From assembly GCA_018335795.1 (NCBI GenBank), contig JAGXRP010000033.1:5973-69972 (forward strand): a stretch of DNA of 64,000 bases, in the 5' to 3' direction. The stretch is from Desulfobulbaceae bacterium. Lineage in GTDB: Bacteria; Bacteroidota; Ignavibacteria; Kapaibacteriales; UBA2268. The position numbers and the translations under genes are program-made. Below are positions 20,248 through 29,799 of this stretch, in pieces. Within the stretch, counting starts at the first letter, position 1. Every line of letters starts with the position of its first letter. The notes below the pieces were generated by a model, which was given only the letters and a program-made list of their open reading frames with translations, was not told the DNA's origin and did not search any database.

Positions 20248-20697
20248 TTATTTTAATTTTTTTTTAAATCCTTTATGTGAAATGGAATCAAATCCAACTT
20301 TTTCATAGAACTTTACCGTATCTTTTCTGTCAGATTCTGTAATAAAAACTATTTGAGAACAATTCTTTTGCATACCAATTCTTTCAAGTTCATATAATAA
20401 TTTTCGTCCAATCCCATTTCCTTGATGATTCTCGTCAACAACAAAATTCTCCATCACTAAAAAAGGGAAACACTCACCATAAAGTTCTTCACATATAATC
20501 CCTTGAATCGTGCCTACAATATTTTGGTCTTTCTCTGCAACTAAAAAGATATATTTGTCATCTTGTGAAATTTGCAAAAACTTTTCTTTCATTTTGTAAA
20601 GGTTCATTTTGTCACCCCAAAATAAGGTATAAAGTTTTGCAACTTCAACTAAATCTTCTTCTTTCAGTTTTCTGATATTGAAATCTATATTATTCAT
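20248..20697 (-). CDS. GNAT family N-acetyltransferase
   Basis: Motif A QGNGIGRKLL...FYEKVGF. 149 aa. Confidence 0.8.
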   Translation of the reverse strand: MNNIDFNIRKLKEEDLVEVAKLYTLFWGDKMNLYKMKEKFLQISQDDKYIFLVAEKDQNIVGTIQGIICEELYGECFPFLVMENFVVDENHQGNGIGRKLLYELERIGMQKNCSQIVFITESDRKDTVKFYEKVGFDSISHKGFKKKLK

Positions 20698-20708
20698 TTA
20701 TTATCCAA

Positions 20709-21232
20709 CTATATTTTTAAATCATAAAAAGGAATTAATCTGTCAGGTATTGAGGATTTTGAGTCATATAAAAAATCAGCTCCAATTTTATCGTAAAATT
20801 CTATTGCAAATGTAGCAGCAAAAATTAATAAGTTCCGAATTCCCATTTTCTGAGAAATATTCTTTGCATGATTTATCATTTGTATTCCAATTCCAAAGTT
20901 ATGATAATCAGGTCTGATAAAATTTGCTCTATCCAAAATCCTTTTTGTATAAATATCTCCCCTTATTAAAAATCCGCTTTGTTTTCAACAATAGAATAAA
21001 ATCCTAAGATTGAATATCCAAGGGTTGCTTTATATACAAAATATTGGTTTAAATATTTCTCAGTTATAGTCAGTTAGTCTTTCCAAATTTCATATTACTC
21101 GACAGGGTAATTCCAATGTCTTTTTGCAGAGAATGCTATTTCTGTCAGAATGTCCGAATCTAAATAATTTGCTTCCGTAATCTTTACATTTTGGTTATCA
21201 ATCATTTTTGTTTCTCGGTGTCCTTTTGACAT
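20709..21232 (-). pseudogene. Disrupted GNAT acetyltransferase. An N-terminal 46-aa ORF at 21095-21232 and a C-terminal fragment at 20709-20984 are separated by in-frame stops.
   Basis: The minus strand at 21095-21232 encodes MSKGHRETKMIDNQNVKITEANYLDSDILTEIAFSAKRHWNYPVE, a GNAT N-terminal pattern, ending in TAA. The downstream frame carries GFLIRGDIYTKRILDRANFIRPDYHNFGIGIQMINHAKNISQKMGIRNL...FYDKIGADF (GNAT motif A and C-terminus), opening only after a TGA at 20985-20987. Confidence 0.4.
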
Positions 21233-21493
21233 GGTTGCCAACGCCCAGATATTCGCAACTACTATTATAACAAAATTTTCGGCTTTCTATTCTCACCTAT
21301 CTACATCTTTTCAATAAGTGTTTTACAAATATACAACAAAGACTTGAAAATGCAAGAGAAAAAAAGGACAAATTGAATCGTGGGCTTCAGGTCTATACGC
21401 TGTTTCTTAAATCAGCATCTAATTTTAAAACACTGCCCTGTCCTAAAATATATTTACAGACCTCAATCAGAAAAAGAACTGAACACATCCAAT

Positions 21494-22303
21494 TTAATAT
21501 TCCTTACTGAATTCCATAATAATTTCCGGATTCAGCTTTTCATTTTTCCTGAGTTCGGCAAATTTATCCAACAAATCGTCGGCAGTCAGGTTTTGCTTAT
21601 CTTTCAGAGAAAGTGATTCAATAATTTCACCACGATACATCATAATTGTTTTATTGCCCAATGCTAAGGCTTGTTGCATCGAATGAGTTACCATCACAGT
21701 TGTGAGATTATATTGTTCGACAAATTTCTTAGTTAAATTGATAATCAATGAAGCTGATTTTGGGTCCAATGCTGCAGTATGTTCGTCCAATAATAACACG
21801 TTCGGTTTTGTCATCACTGCCATCAGCAATGTAATAGCTTGTCTTTGTCCACCCGAAAGCGAACCGATGAAATTATCCAATCTATCTTCCAATTGCATTT
21901 CCAAATCTTTAACGATTGCCTTGTATTCATCTAATTTTGATGAACCAAGTCCCAAAATCGGCATTCTGGTTTTACCTCTCAATGCTGCCAAATGCAAATT
22001 CTCTGCGATACTCATTCCTGGGGCTGTTCCGGAAAAGGGATTTTGGAAAACCCGTGCTATATGTTTGGCTCTATCATATTCTGGCATAAAAGTCACATCA
22101 ACATCTGCAATCTTAACACTGCCTTCATCGCCGATAAAAGTCCCCGCAATAGCATTCAACAAAGTTGATTTTCCGGAGCCGTTTGTACCGATAATCGTGA
22201 TGAAATCACCATCTTCAACTTCGAGATTGATGTTTTTCAGTGCATACACCTCGTTTATTGTGCCACGATTGAATACTTTATGAAAATCCTTGATTTGTAT
22301 CAT
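21494..22303 (-). CDS. ABC transporter ATP-binding protein (COG1101-type uncharacterised importer ATPase)
   Basis: Walker A GTNGSGKST, signature LSGGQRQ, Walker B LLLDEHTAALD. The start overlaps the upstream gene stop. Confidence 0.9.
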   Translation of the reverse strand: MIQIKDFHKVFNRGTINEVYALKNINLEVEDGDFITIIGTNGSGKSTLLNAIAGTFIGDEGSVKIADVDVTFMPEYDRAKHIARVFQNPFSGTAPGMSIAENLHLAALRGKTRMPILGLGSSKLDEYKAIVKDLEMQLEDRLDNFIGSLSGGQRQAITLLMAVMTKPNVLLLDEHTAALDPKSASLIINLTKKFVEQYNLTTVMVTHSMQQALALGNKTIMMYRGEIIESLSLKDKQNLTADDLLDKFAELRKNEKLNPEIIMEFSKEY

Positions 22304-25134
22304 TTTTTTATCTCCTTCGAATCTTTTATGACCATTTCAGCACGATTTATCAAAGCATCGCTTAACTTTATTCCTAATTTTTCAGCAACATCCAAATTCA
22401 AGAAAAAACTCGTCATAGTAGTTTGCATAATTGGCATTTTTGCCGGACTTTCCCCATTCAAAACTCTGACAGCATAAGTGCCACCGTCAAAACCTGTTCG
22501 GTGATAATTTGGTCCCAAAATAGCAATAGTTTTATTTGTGATAAATTCGGCATCAACCGAAAAAACGGGAATATTCTTAGCTTCAGCCACTTTGACAAAG
22601 CTGTCATAACTCACGTTCAAAGTGTTGTCGCCGCCATTCATAAATATTTGAGCACCTTTATTCACCAAAGCATTGGATGCATCTAAAACTTCGGACGGAT
22701 TGGTCACAGTTGATTCAATCACTTCAAGTCCAATCTTAGGAGCATATTGCCTAATCTTACTAACGACTGATTCCGAGTTTGCTTCGGATGAATTCCAGAC
22801 TAAACCTAATTTAGTTCGGTTTGGCAACATTTCCTTAATCAAATCCAACATTCCTTCGATAGGAGGGAAGCACGCATAACCGGTGAAATTCGGCAGGTGG
22901 TCTGTTGGCGATTTTGCAGCTCCGATTTTATACGGGTCGTAAATGTAAGTAAATACGACAACCGGCTTGGTTCTATTTCCAACCATTTGAACAGCTGCTT
23001 GGACTACAGGTGTTGACAAAGGTACGATGATATCAACTTCGCGTGAAATCAAATCCTGCATTATTGAATTTATCATCGAAAAATCTGCGTTTGCATTTCG
23101 ATAAATGATTTCAACATTCTCGCCATCGAAATAGCCATTGCTGTTCAAAGCCTTTATGAACCCTTCTTTTGCAAGTTCAACATTCGGCTCCATTGCGAAT
23201 TGAACCATCCCGATTTTCATCATTTTTTTGACATCTTTCTTTCCGACAAATTTATTCGCTTTGAATTTCAATTCATCTGAAAAGGTAATATTCAATTTTT
23301 CAGCTACATCATTATTCAATCCGAAAGTTAATTTCGTATATCGGCTGAATGGGATGTCTGCCGGTTTTTCGCCATTAAGCACACGATTAACAATGTGAGC
23401 AGCATCTTGACCGCTTGATTTATAATCATATCCCAAAGCTGCTAATGCGCCATCATTAAGCCGTTCTACATCATTTATGAAAATTGGAATTTTATTCATC
23501 TCTGCAACTTTGGCGACTGCATCAAAAGCAGCAAAAACAGTATTTTCCGGCACGAGAACAAAAGCATCAATTTTTTTCTGCACCAAAGATGTGGCAGCTT
23601 CGCGAACTTCAGAAGTAGAAGTGATAGTCGCACCTTCAAAGCTCATATCGGGATATTTAGTTAATTCATGCTTCAAATTATCTACGTTGAATTCGGAGTT
23701 AGCTTGTCCGGCGTTCCAAATAGTGCCAATTTTTAATTTACGCGGAAAAATTTCTCTTACTAGTTCAAGAGTTTTATCCATCGGAGCCCATCCATAAACG
23801 CCTGTAACATTTTGTAAGTGGCTCGAATCCGAAGTACCTGCATTAATTATGAAAGGATTTGCAACGGTAGCAAACACTACCGGAATATCCTTCACTTTAG
23901 TGATTGCAACTTGTGTTGCAGGTGTGGAAATAGTTAAAATCAAATCTACTTTGCTCATTACAAAATTATCAATAATCGAATTTAGAGTTGCCAAATCACC
24001 ATTTGCATCTTGAATTTTGAAGTCAATATTATGTCCGTCATTATATCCGAGCTTTTTCATTTCCTCTAAAAAACCTTCACGTGTCATATCCAAAATCGGG
24101 TTGCTATCAATTTGGACAATTCCGACTACATGTTTAATATCCGAACTGACCTTTCGGGAATCGAACAATTTATTTAAACCATAAATAGTCGCAATTCCGA
24201 GCAATGCAACAACTACTACATAGAAAACTTTTTTATTTACTTTTACGCTTAGTGGTTTCTTACGATTTTTATCATTTTGGGAAAGTCTCAAACCAATAAA
24301 TAATGTTCCAAGAACAAAAAGTGAAGTCAACAATTTCAAATCAATTGGATTCATTCCTGCAAACAAGGCAAGGGCAATCATCAATCTGAAAATAATCGAA
24401 CCAACAACAGCGCTTGCAATTTTCACAAAAATTGACCTTGATTTGAAAATTGATTCGCCTATAATCACTGCTGCCAGCCCATTAATTATCATACCGATAC
24501 CCATTCCAATATCTGCAAAACCCTGATACTGGGCTATCATACCACCCGAAAATGCAATCATACCATTAGAAAGAGCAATTCCGAAAATTTTCATAGAATC
24601 AACATTCACACCCAGCGCTGAACTCATTATAGGGTTATTTCCCGTAGCAATTAATGACATTCCCAAATCCGATTTGAAAAATAATGCCACTTTTACCGAA
24701 AATAGCCCAACAATGACTATCATACATATTGCTAACCAAAATTCAATTCCAATTCCCGGATTAAAGCTGTCCAAAATATTTGTAAAGCTCGGGCTGTTCA
24801 ACAGTGGAACGTTGCTTCGTCCCATGATGTGCAAATTGATTGAATAAAGCCCAATCATGACCAAAATACCCGAAAGCAGCCCGTTCACTCGCATTTTTGT
24901 ATGAATAATCCCCGTGACCGAACCTGCTAACATACCTCCAAAAGAGGCTATTATCAATGCAATCAACGGATTTGTCCCACCAACAATCAATACTGATGTA
25001 ATTGCTGCCCCGAAAGTAAAACTTCCGTCAACAGTTATATCAGGGAAATCGAGAAACTTATACGTCAGGTAAATCCCAATTGTCATAAATCCGTATATCA
25101 AGCCTAAATTAATCGCACCTATCCATAGTTCCAT
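22300..25134 (-). CDS. Fusion protein of an ABC permease (COG4120-like, about 300 aa), a TM anchor and two tandem periplasmic substrate-binding domains (COG2984/ABC_sub_bind-like)
   Basis: N-terminal glycine-rich multi-TM permease. A hydrophobic anchor KVFYVVVVALLGIATIYGL follows, then two homologous roughly 300-aa repeats (HVVGIVQIDSNP... and KIGMVQFAMEPN...). 944 aa. Confidence 0.8.
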   Translation of the reverse strand: MELWIGAINLGLIYGFMTIGIYLTYKFLDFPDITVDGSFTFGAAITSVLIVGGTNPLIALIIASFGGMLAGSVTGIIHTKMRVNGLLSGILVMIGLYSINLHIMGRSNVPLLNSPSFTNILDSFNPGIGIEFWLAICMIVIVGLFSVKVALFFKSDLGMSLIATGNNPIMSSALGVNVDSMKIFGIALSNGMIAFSGGMIAQYQGFADIGMGIGMIINGLAAVIIGESIFKSRSIFVKIASAVVGSIIFRLMIALALFAGMNPIDLKLLTSLFVLGTLFIGLRLSQNDKNRKKPLSVKVNKKVFYVVVVALLGIATIYGLNKLFDSRKVSSDIKHVVGIVQIDSNPILDMTREGFLEEMKKLGYNDGHNIDFKIQDANGDLATLNSIIDNFVMSKVDLILTISTPATQVAITKVKDIPVVFATVANPFIINAGTSDSSHLQNVTGVYGWAPMDKTLELVREIFPRKLKIGTIWNAGQANSEFNVDNLKHELTKYPDMSFEGATITSTSEVREAATSLVQKKIDAFVLVPENTVFAAFDAVAKVAEMNKIPIFINDVERLNDGALAALGYDYKSSGQDAAHIVNRVLNGEKPADIPFSRYTKLTFGLNNDVAEKLNITFSDELKFKANKFVGKKDVKKMMKIGMVQFAMEPNVELAKEGFIKALNSNGYFDGENVEIIYRNANADFSMINSIMQDLISREVDIIVPLSTPVVQAAVQMVGNRTKPVVVFTYIYDPYKIGAAKSPTDHLPNFTGYACFPPIEGMLDLIKEMLPNRTKLGLVWNSSEANSESVVSKIRQYAPKIGLEVIESTVTNPSEVLDASNALVNKGAQIFMNGGDNTLNVSYDSFVKVAEAKNIPVFSVDAEFITNKTIAILGPNYHRTGFDGGTYAVRVLNGESPAKMPIMQTTMTSFFLNLDVAEKLGIKLSDALINRAEMVIKDSKEIKK

Positions 25135-25135
25135 A

Positions 25136-26368
25136 TTATGCCTCCAACTTAATTATACCCAAACATCCAAAGCTGAAACGCGATTTGCCCAACAAATGTT
25201 TAAGTCGGAGCGGATTCAATTCCTGTTGCACTTTCTTGAGCTCATCGTCGAAAAAGTGAATTTTATAGCTCAAAACATCTCTGTCAAAAATCCCGACATG
25301 TAAATGATAGTTAAGCTCAGACGGGAAAGCTGACACATTTTTATTGAAAAACGAACTTCCCTTATCAGCATAAATACCCACGCCAGCTGCAATCAAATTT
25401 ACATCCTCAGCTTCGATAGGGTAATTGAACCAATTGGAAAAATTATCAGGATGGAAAATATCTTGATTATTCGCAGGTTTGTTTTGTGTCGTGGGGACTT
25501 TTTTGATGCTTATACCACGAATTCCTTTGCTTTCAGCCAAAAAAACGATACCAAATGAATTCAATCCCGAAAGTTCGCTAACTCCGGCTAAAATATCTTC
25601 AAAATCAGCACCATCAGTTGTTGCATCGAAAGAAACCTTTGCATAAAACTCACCCGAGAATGAGAATCCGTCAGCAAAGTTGTATTTAATATCATCTGCC
25701 TCAGTATCGAATTGCATAAAATCAACCGCAGGGCGATTCACCGCTGGATAGTAGAAAAGCGAGTTTTGGAGGACCAGTGCCTCGCCGAAATAATTTTTGC
25801 AATCATCAAAATTATCACCTAGAGCAGCATTGCCAACGCCATATTGAATTTCTATAGGCGATAAAGACCTGACATCAGCCACAGTAATCGAGGAATTTCG
25901 GATATTATCGTAATTCGTGAAATTTGAAAACTTTCCGCTCGGGGCGTCAAATTGCTGATATTCAAACTTAATTCCGTTCCGAGTAGAGCTGACAAGTTCT
26001 GACTCAACTTTTTGTGTCGAAATCAAGGGCAGAAGCTCAGCCTCGTTCGCCACAATCTTAAAAACCCTGTCAAAACCGCTCATCTTGAAGATTTTAAAGA
26101 TGCTGTCGTTCATCCGGTACATCACCATCAAACCGCCCGCTCCTGCGAGTTTTTGCTGACTTACAAGCAAGACCCGTAATCCCGCAGAACTCACAAAATT
26201 CACTCCGTCGCAATCCATCACAATAACTCTTTCACCGGAAGCAATAATTTGTGACAATTTATTAGCGAGCTCCGACGAAGTAACGCCGTCAATTCTGCCA
26301 TCCACAGCCAAAACGTCGCGTCCGGCAATCTTATAATCCCGAAATTCAATCATTTTGCACATCCCCAT
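25136..26368 (-). CDS. STAS (anti-sigma-factor antagonist-like) domain protein with an unassigned roughly 300-aa C-terminal domain
   Basis: N-terminal roughly 110 aa (VIVMDCDGVNFVSSAGLRVLL...LMVMYRMNDSIFKIFKMSGFDRVFKI) match the SpoIIAA/STAS pattern. The rest has no motif I can name. The stop is 1 nt from the downstream permease start. Confidence 0.65.
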   Translation of the reverse strand: MGMCKMIEFRDYKIAGRDVLAVDGRIDGVTSSELANKLSQIIASGERVIVMDCDGVNFVSSAGLRVLLVSQQKLAGAGGLMVMYRMNDSIFKIFKMSGFDRVFKIVANEAELLPLISTQKVESELVSSTRNGIKFEYQQFDAPSGKFSNFTNYDNIRNSSITVADVRSLSPIEIQYGVGNAALGDNFDDCKNYFGEALVLQNSLFYYPAVNRPAVDFMQFDTEADDIKYNFADGFSFSGEFYAKVSFDATTDGADFEDILAGVSELSGLNSFGIVFLAESKGIRGISIKKVPTTQNKPANNQDIFHPDNFSNWFNYPIEAEDVNLIAAGVGIYADKGSSFFNKNVSAFPSELNYHLHVGIFDRDVLSYKIHFFDDELKKVQQELNPLRLKHLLGKSRFSFGCLGIIKLEA

Positions 26369-26481
26369 TGATACAAATATTCAAAAATAGTAATTCTTAG
26401 CATGTGGACATCAGCATACCAAAAAAAAAGAAAAGATTGACTATCAATCAATCTTTCTCTAAATTTTATGCTTAGTACACA

Positions 26482-29400
26482 CTATTTAACTAACATCACT
26501 TTCTCCGTCTTAGTACTCCACGGCGAAATCATAATTACGTTATAAATGCCAGATGGATATTCGGATAAGTCAATCAACATCTCATTTGATTCAGGCTCAG
26601 ACTTTGAATTCCTGACCCAGGAACTCCTATAAACTTCGTTTCCAATAGAATTTGTGATGATAATATTGAAATTACCAACTTCGGAACTAACAACGTTTGC
26701 AGTAAAAGCACCTTCCGTTACATTTGGTTTGACTATCATTTTGGTTACTATTATTATATCGAAGTGTCGAAGAGGGAATTGACAATGATTAATACCCAAA
26801 CTACCATTATGCATTTCAGTGTTAATATTATTCTCAAGCCATTCAAAGTCGCTAATGTTTATTGAATGATTGAGAGAGTCTGCTAATAAAACTCTACCAC
26901 AAATATAATTAATTATATGATCTCCTTCAATCAAATTTGTAGAATCAGTAATTTCAATAATGTAATAGTCATTGCTTTTGTCAACTATCGTCATCGTTCC
27001 ATATTTTACTTCTTCCGGTAAAAAGAATGATTTATTCAAATCCAATCTCAACTTATAAGCAAATCTTCCTGTAAGATATTCATTACAATATAGACTGGCA
27101 TAAATTGGAACACATACGAAATCATCAATTTCAACTATTGTGTCAGCCACCCAGACTTTTGACTTCGTTTCAGAAATTTTGCCTGCAATTGGTATATTAA
27201 TTTCAGAATAACATGGCTCTGTTAGAATAACTAATAAAGTATCAAATAAATCATTGTCATAAATCATTGTTGAATAATCGAAATTCAATTTATAATTTTC
27301 TTTAGGTTTTAAATTATAAGGCAATGGTGAATCAATAGAAAGAGATAAACCATTCAAAGGAGATTTCAAAATAATCTTGTCTATAAGTACATTAAAATCA
27401 TTCGAATTCAATATGCTTTTATCAATTTGACTTATTTCATGCAGGCAAAATTCACCTAAGTCTATATGTTCAGGTTCAAGTTTTGAAGGACTTATTTCAC
27501 TAACAGTCTTAGATAATGTAGTTGAACATCCGTCACTCAATATAACTTCGACAGAATAGGTTCCAGGACCTACTTTTGTTATTTTGGGAGTGGTTTCGCC
27601 TGAAGACCACAAATATCCATCAGCATCTTTATAATCTACTTCCAATTCAAAGGATTCATCTTTACAAACCGAATTGGGTCCTATAATTTGTATATTTGGA
27701 ACATCAATCCAAAATAAATCAAAGCTACCATTGTATTCGCAGCCATCAATGTCAAAACATCTAACTAAATAGGTTCCTGGCGATTTTATAACAATACTTT
27801 TTGAAGATTGCCCGGTTGACCATTCAATGTTTTCAAAATCACCTTGAATGAAAACTTCGGTACTATCGCCTGAACAAAGATAATTATCACCTTGGATTTC
27901 AATATCTTTAATTGGCAATACATTTACCCAAACAGAATCATAATAAACGCAACCGGTAATTTTATTAGTCAATGTTAATGAATAAACAGTGGATTTTGTT
28001 GGGTTAACACTTGGGTTTGGTGCAGTTATATCATCAATATCAGTGTTAGGTTTCCAATTATGAGAATAAACATTTTCATCATATCCAAATAATTGAACTT
28101 TACCACCATAACATAGATCATGACTCAATTTCTTAAGTTGTAAAGGTGGACAATCACAACTTCTCAATGAAATGTTATCCAAAGCGAAAATTTCGGGAGA
28201 TTCGGAATTGACACTAATTATAACTTCAATATTTTGATTAGCGCTAGAAGTCCATCCATATACATAATTCTTTAAAACGCAGGGACCCTCAGCATGTATA
28301 AATGGATATTGAATTTCTACCCCATTGATTAAAATAGATAGGTTAGAGAATGATTTGTCTGAAACAGGGATAAAATCAAATGAAAACAAATATTCTGAAT
28401 TTGGTTCAACTGTCGTTTCATATCTGAGTACTTCATTTAAACCCGTTAATGTGTGACAAAAAACAAAATTATTGTCAGTACCAAAAAGTACACAACTGTC
28501 ATTTTGATTGATAGGATTCGCATTTGTAATCGCAAATGAACCGGGATTTTGAAATTCATTAATGTCATCTAAATTGATTTCATTTAAATTACTTGTAAAG
28601 AAAATTTCTTTGCTTTCAAAATCTCCATAGGAAATCAATTCATCGCCTTTAGGATCACAATGACTAACCTGTGAAATATAATTTTGTACAAAAGTCGGCA
28701 GTCCTAATCTGCTTGATGCACCATTCAGCATTGCCATGCCCTTACTAACAAAATCACAGTCTTTACCAGGCTCATTTGGTTTTTTAATTACGCCTAGATA
28801 TTGATCGCCGTCTTGCGCTACATAAATTTTACCATTTATACCTAGTTGTAAAGACCCAAAGTAAAATGTTGCAGTTTTGTTTTCAGCTAAAATTATCATG
28901 CTATTAAGAATTTCTTGTTCTGATTGTTTTGATACATCCATCTGAATTAATCTACAGGGTTGAAACAATGACGCATATAAGTATTTACCATCAGGAGAAA
29001 ACTCAACTCCATAGGGCCATGAGAAGTATGGATGTTGTAAATTATTTGTTAATGTCATCTTACCTGAATAATTATCAAAATCAAACAACTCGATGACACC
29101 GGCAAATGAGTGAGTTGATGCTATACGCTTGCCGTCAACAGTTGACTTCAATGTGTGACCTGTAGGTCTATTAGCTGTATTTATACCATTACTTATTACC
29201 GGGTCACCTACAACTCCATTTTCATCTACTTTATAAGCCAAGTAATTTGTTGTTTGAGAGATGTGAACAATAACCCAAAAGTCCTTTTGATTTGCATGTG
29301 GAATAGCCAAAACCCGTTCAATCGGTTTAGGATGAATATTAATGTTTTTGGTTGTGACCTTCCCTAAACCACCATTCTGACTCATATCCACAATAGACAT

Positions 29401-29787
29401 GTTTAACCCACGGCTATTTGATTCAACAGCATCAACAGTAAAAATGTAATATTGATTATCGTGTAATGGTCTGCGTAATGCTATTGATGATTGAGTAGCA
29501 GAGTTGTGACCTAATAAACCGTTGCCACCATCCATTACCATATTTTTTTTGTTCCATACTGTTACACCATTGGTATAAAACAATAGATTTCCATTTTTAT
29601 CTGAAATTGAAGCACAACCTTCCCAGGAATTGAGTTGAGACCCATTAACAAAAACAGGTTCGTTGTTATGAGTATTAAAAGTAATCGCTGCATTTTGACC
29701 GAAATTCCAATTTGTTGTCTCTTTTTGGCTTAACAAATTGATTATTGAACCCAAAAACATAATAATAATGAAAATGAAATTTTTCAT
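26482..29787 (-). CDS. Large (1101 aa) secreted protein with N-terminal beta-propeller-like region, Ig-like repeats and a T9SS C-terminal sorting domain
   Basis: Signal peptide. Repeated FSPDGKYLY-type propeller motifs. C-terminus ...NIIITNSIGNEVYRS...GIYNVIMISPWSTKTEKVMLVK has the T9SS C-terminal domain pattern. Confidence 0.75.
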   Translation of the reverse strand: MKNFIFIIIMFLGSIINLLSQKETTNWNFGQNAAITFNTHNNEPVFVNGSQLNSWEGCASISDKNGNLLFYTNGVTVWNKKNMVMDGGNGLLGHNSATQSSIALRRPLHDNQYYIFTVDAVESNSRGLNMSIVDMSQNGGLGKVTTKNINIHPKPIERVLAIPHANQKDFWVIVHISQTTNYLAYKVDENGVVGDPVISNGINTANRPTGHTLKSTVDGKRIASTHSFAGVIELFDFDNYSGKMTLTNNLQHPYFSWPYGVEFSPDGKYLYASLFQPCRLIQMDVSKQSEQEILNSMIILAENKTATFYFGSLQLGINGKIYVAQDGDQYLGVIKKPNEPGKDCDFVSKGMAMLNGASSRLGLPTFVQNYISQVSHCDPKGDELISYGDFESKEIFFTSNLNEINLDDINEFQNPGSFAITNANPINQNDSCVLFGTDNNFVFCHTLTGLNEVLRYETTVEPNSEYLFSFDFIPVSDKSFSNLSILINGVEIQYPFIHAEGPCVLKNYVYGWTSSANQNIEVIISVNSESPEIFALDNISLRSCDCPPLQLKKLSHDLCYGGKVQLFGYDENVYSHNWKPNTDIDDITAPNPSVNPTKSTVYSLTLTNKITGCVYYDSVWVNVLPIKDIEIQGDNYLCSGDSTEVFIQGDFENIEWSTGQSSKSIVIKSPGTYLVRCFDIDGCEYNGSFDLFWIDVPNIQIIGPNSVCKDESFELEVDYKDADGYLWSSGETTPKITKVGPGTYSVEVILSDGCSTTLSKTVSEISPSKLEPEHIDLGEFCLHEISQIDKSILNSNDFNVLIDKIILKSPLNGLSLSIDSPLPYNLKPKENYKLNFDYSTMIYDNDLFDTLLVILTEPCYSEINIPIAGKISETKSKVWVADTIVEIDDFVCVPIYASLYCNEYLTGRFAYKLRLDLNKSFFLPEEVKYGTMTIVDKSNDYYIIEITDSTNLIEGDHIINYICGRVLLADSLNHSINISDFEWLENNINTEMHNGSLGINHCQFPLRHFDIIIVTKMIVKPNVTEGAFTANVVSSEVGNFNIIITNSIGNEVYRSSWVRNSKSEPESNEMLIDLSEYPSGIYNVIMISPWSTKTEKVMLVK

Positions 29788-29799
29788 GGTAGCCTCGAT

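Noticed and set aside
21702-22283. 193-aa plus-strand ORF
   Set aside because: It is a shadow ORF fully antisense to the ABC ATPase gene, which has unambiguous Walker motifs. The same reasoning rejects the other antisense ORFs listed inside uvrA, the giant gene at 4223-9826, the permease fusion, der and the nitrilase gene.
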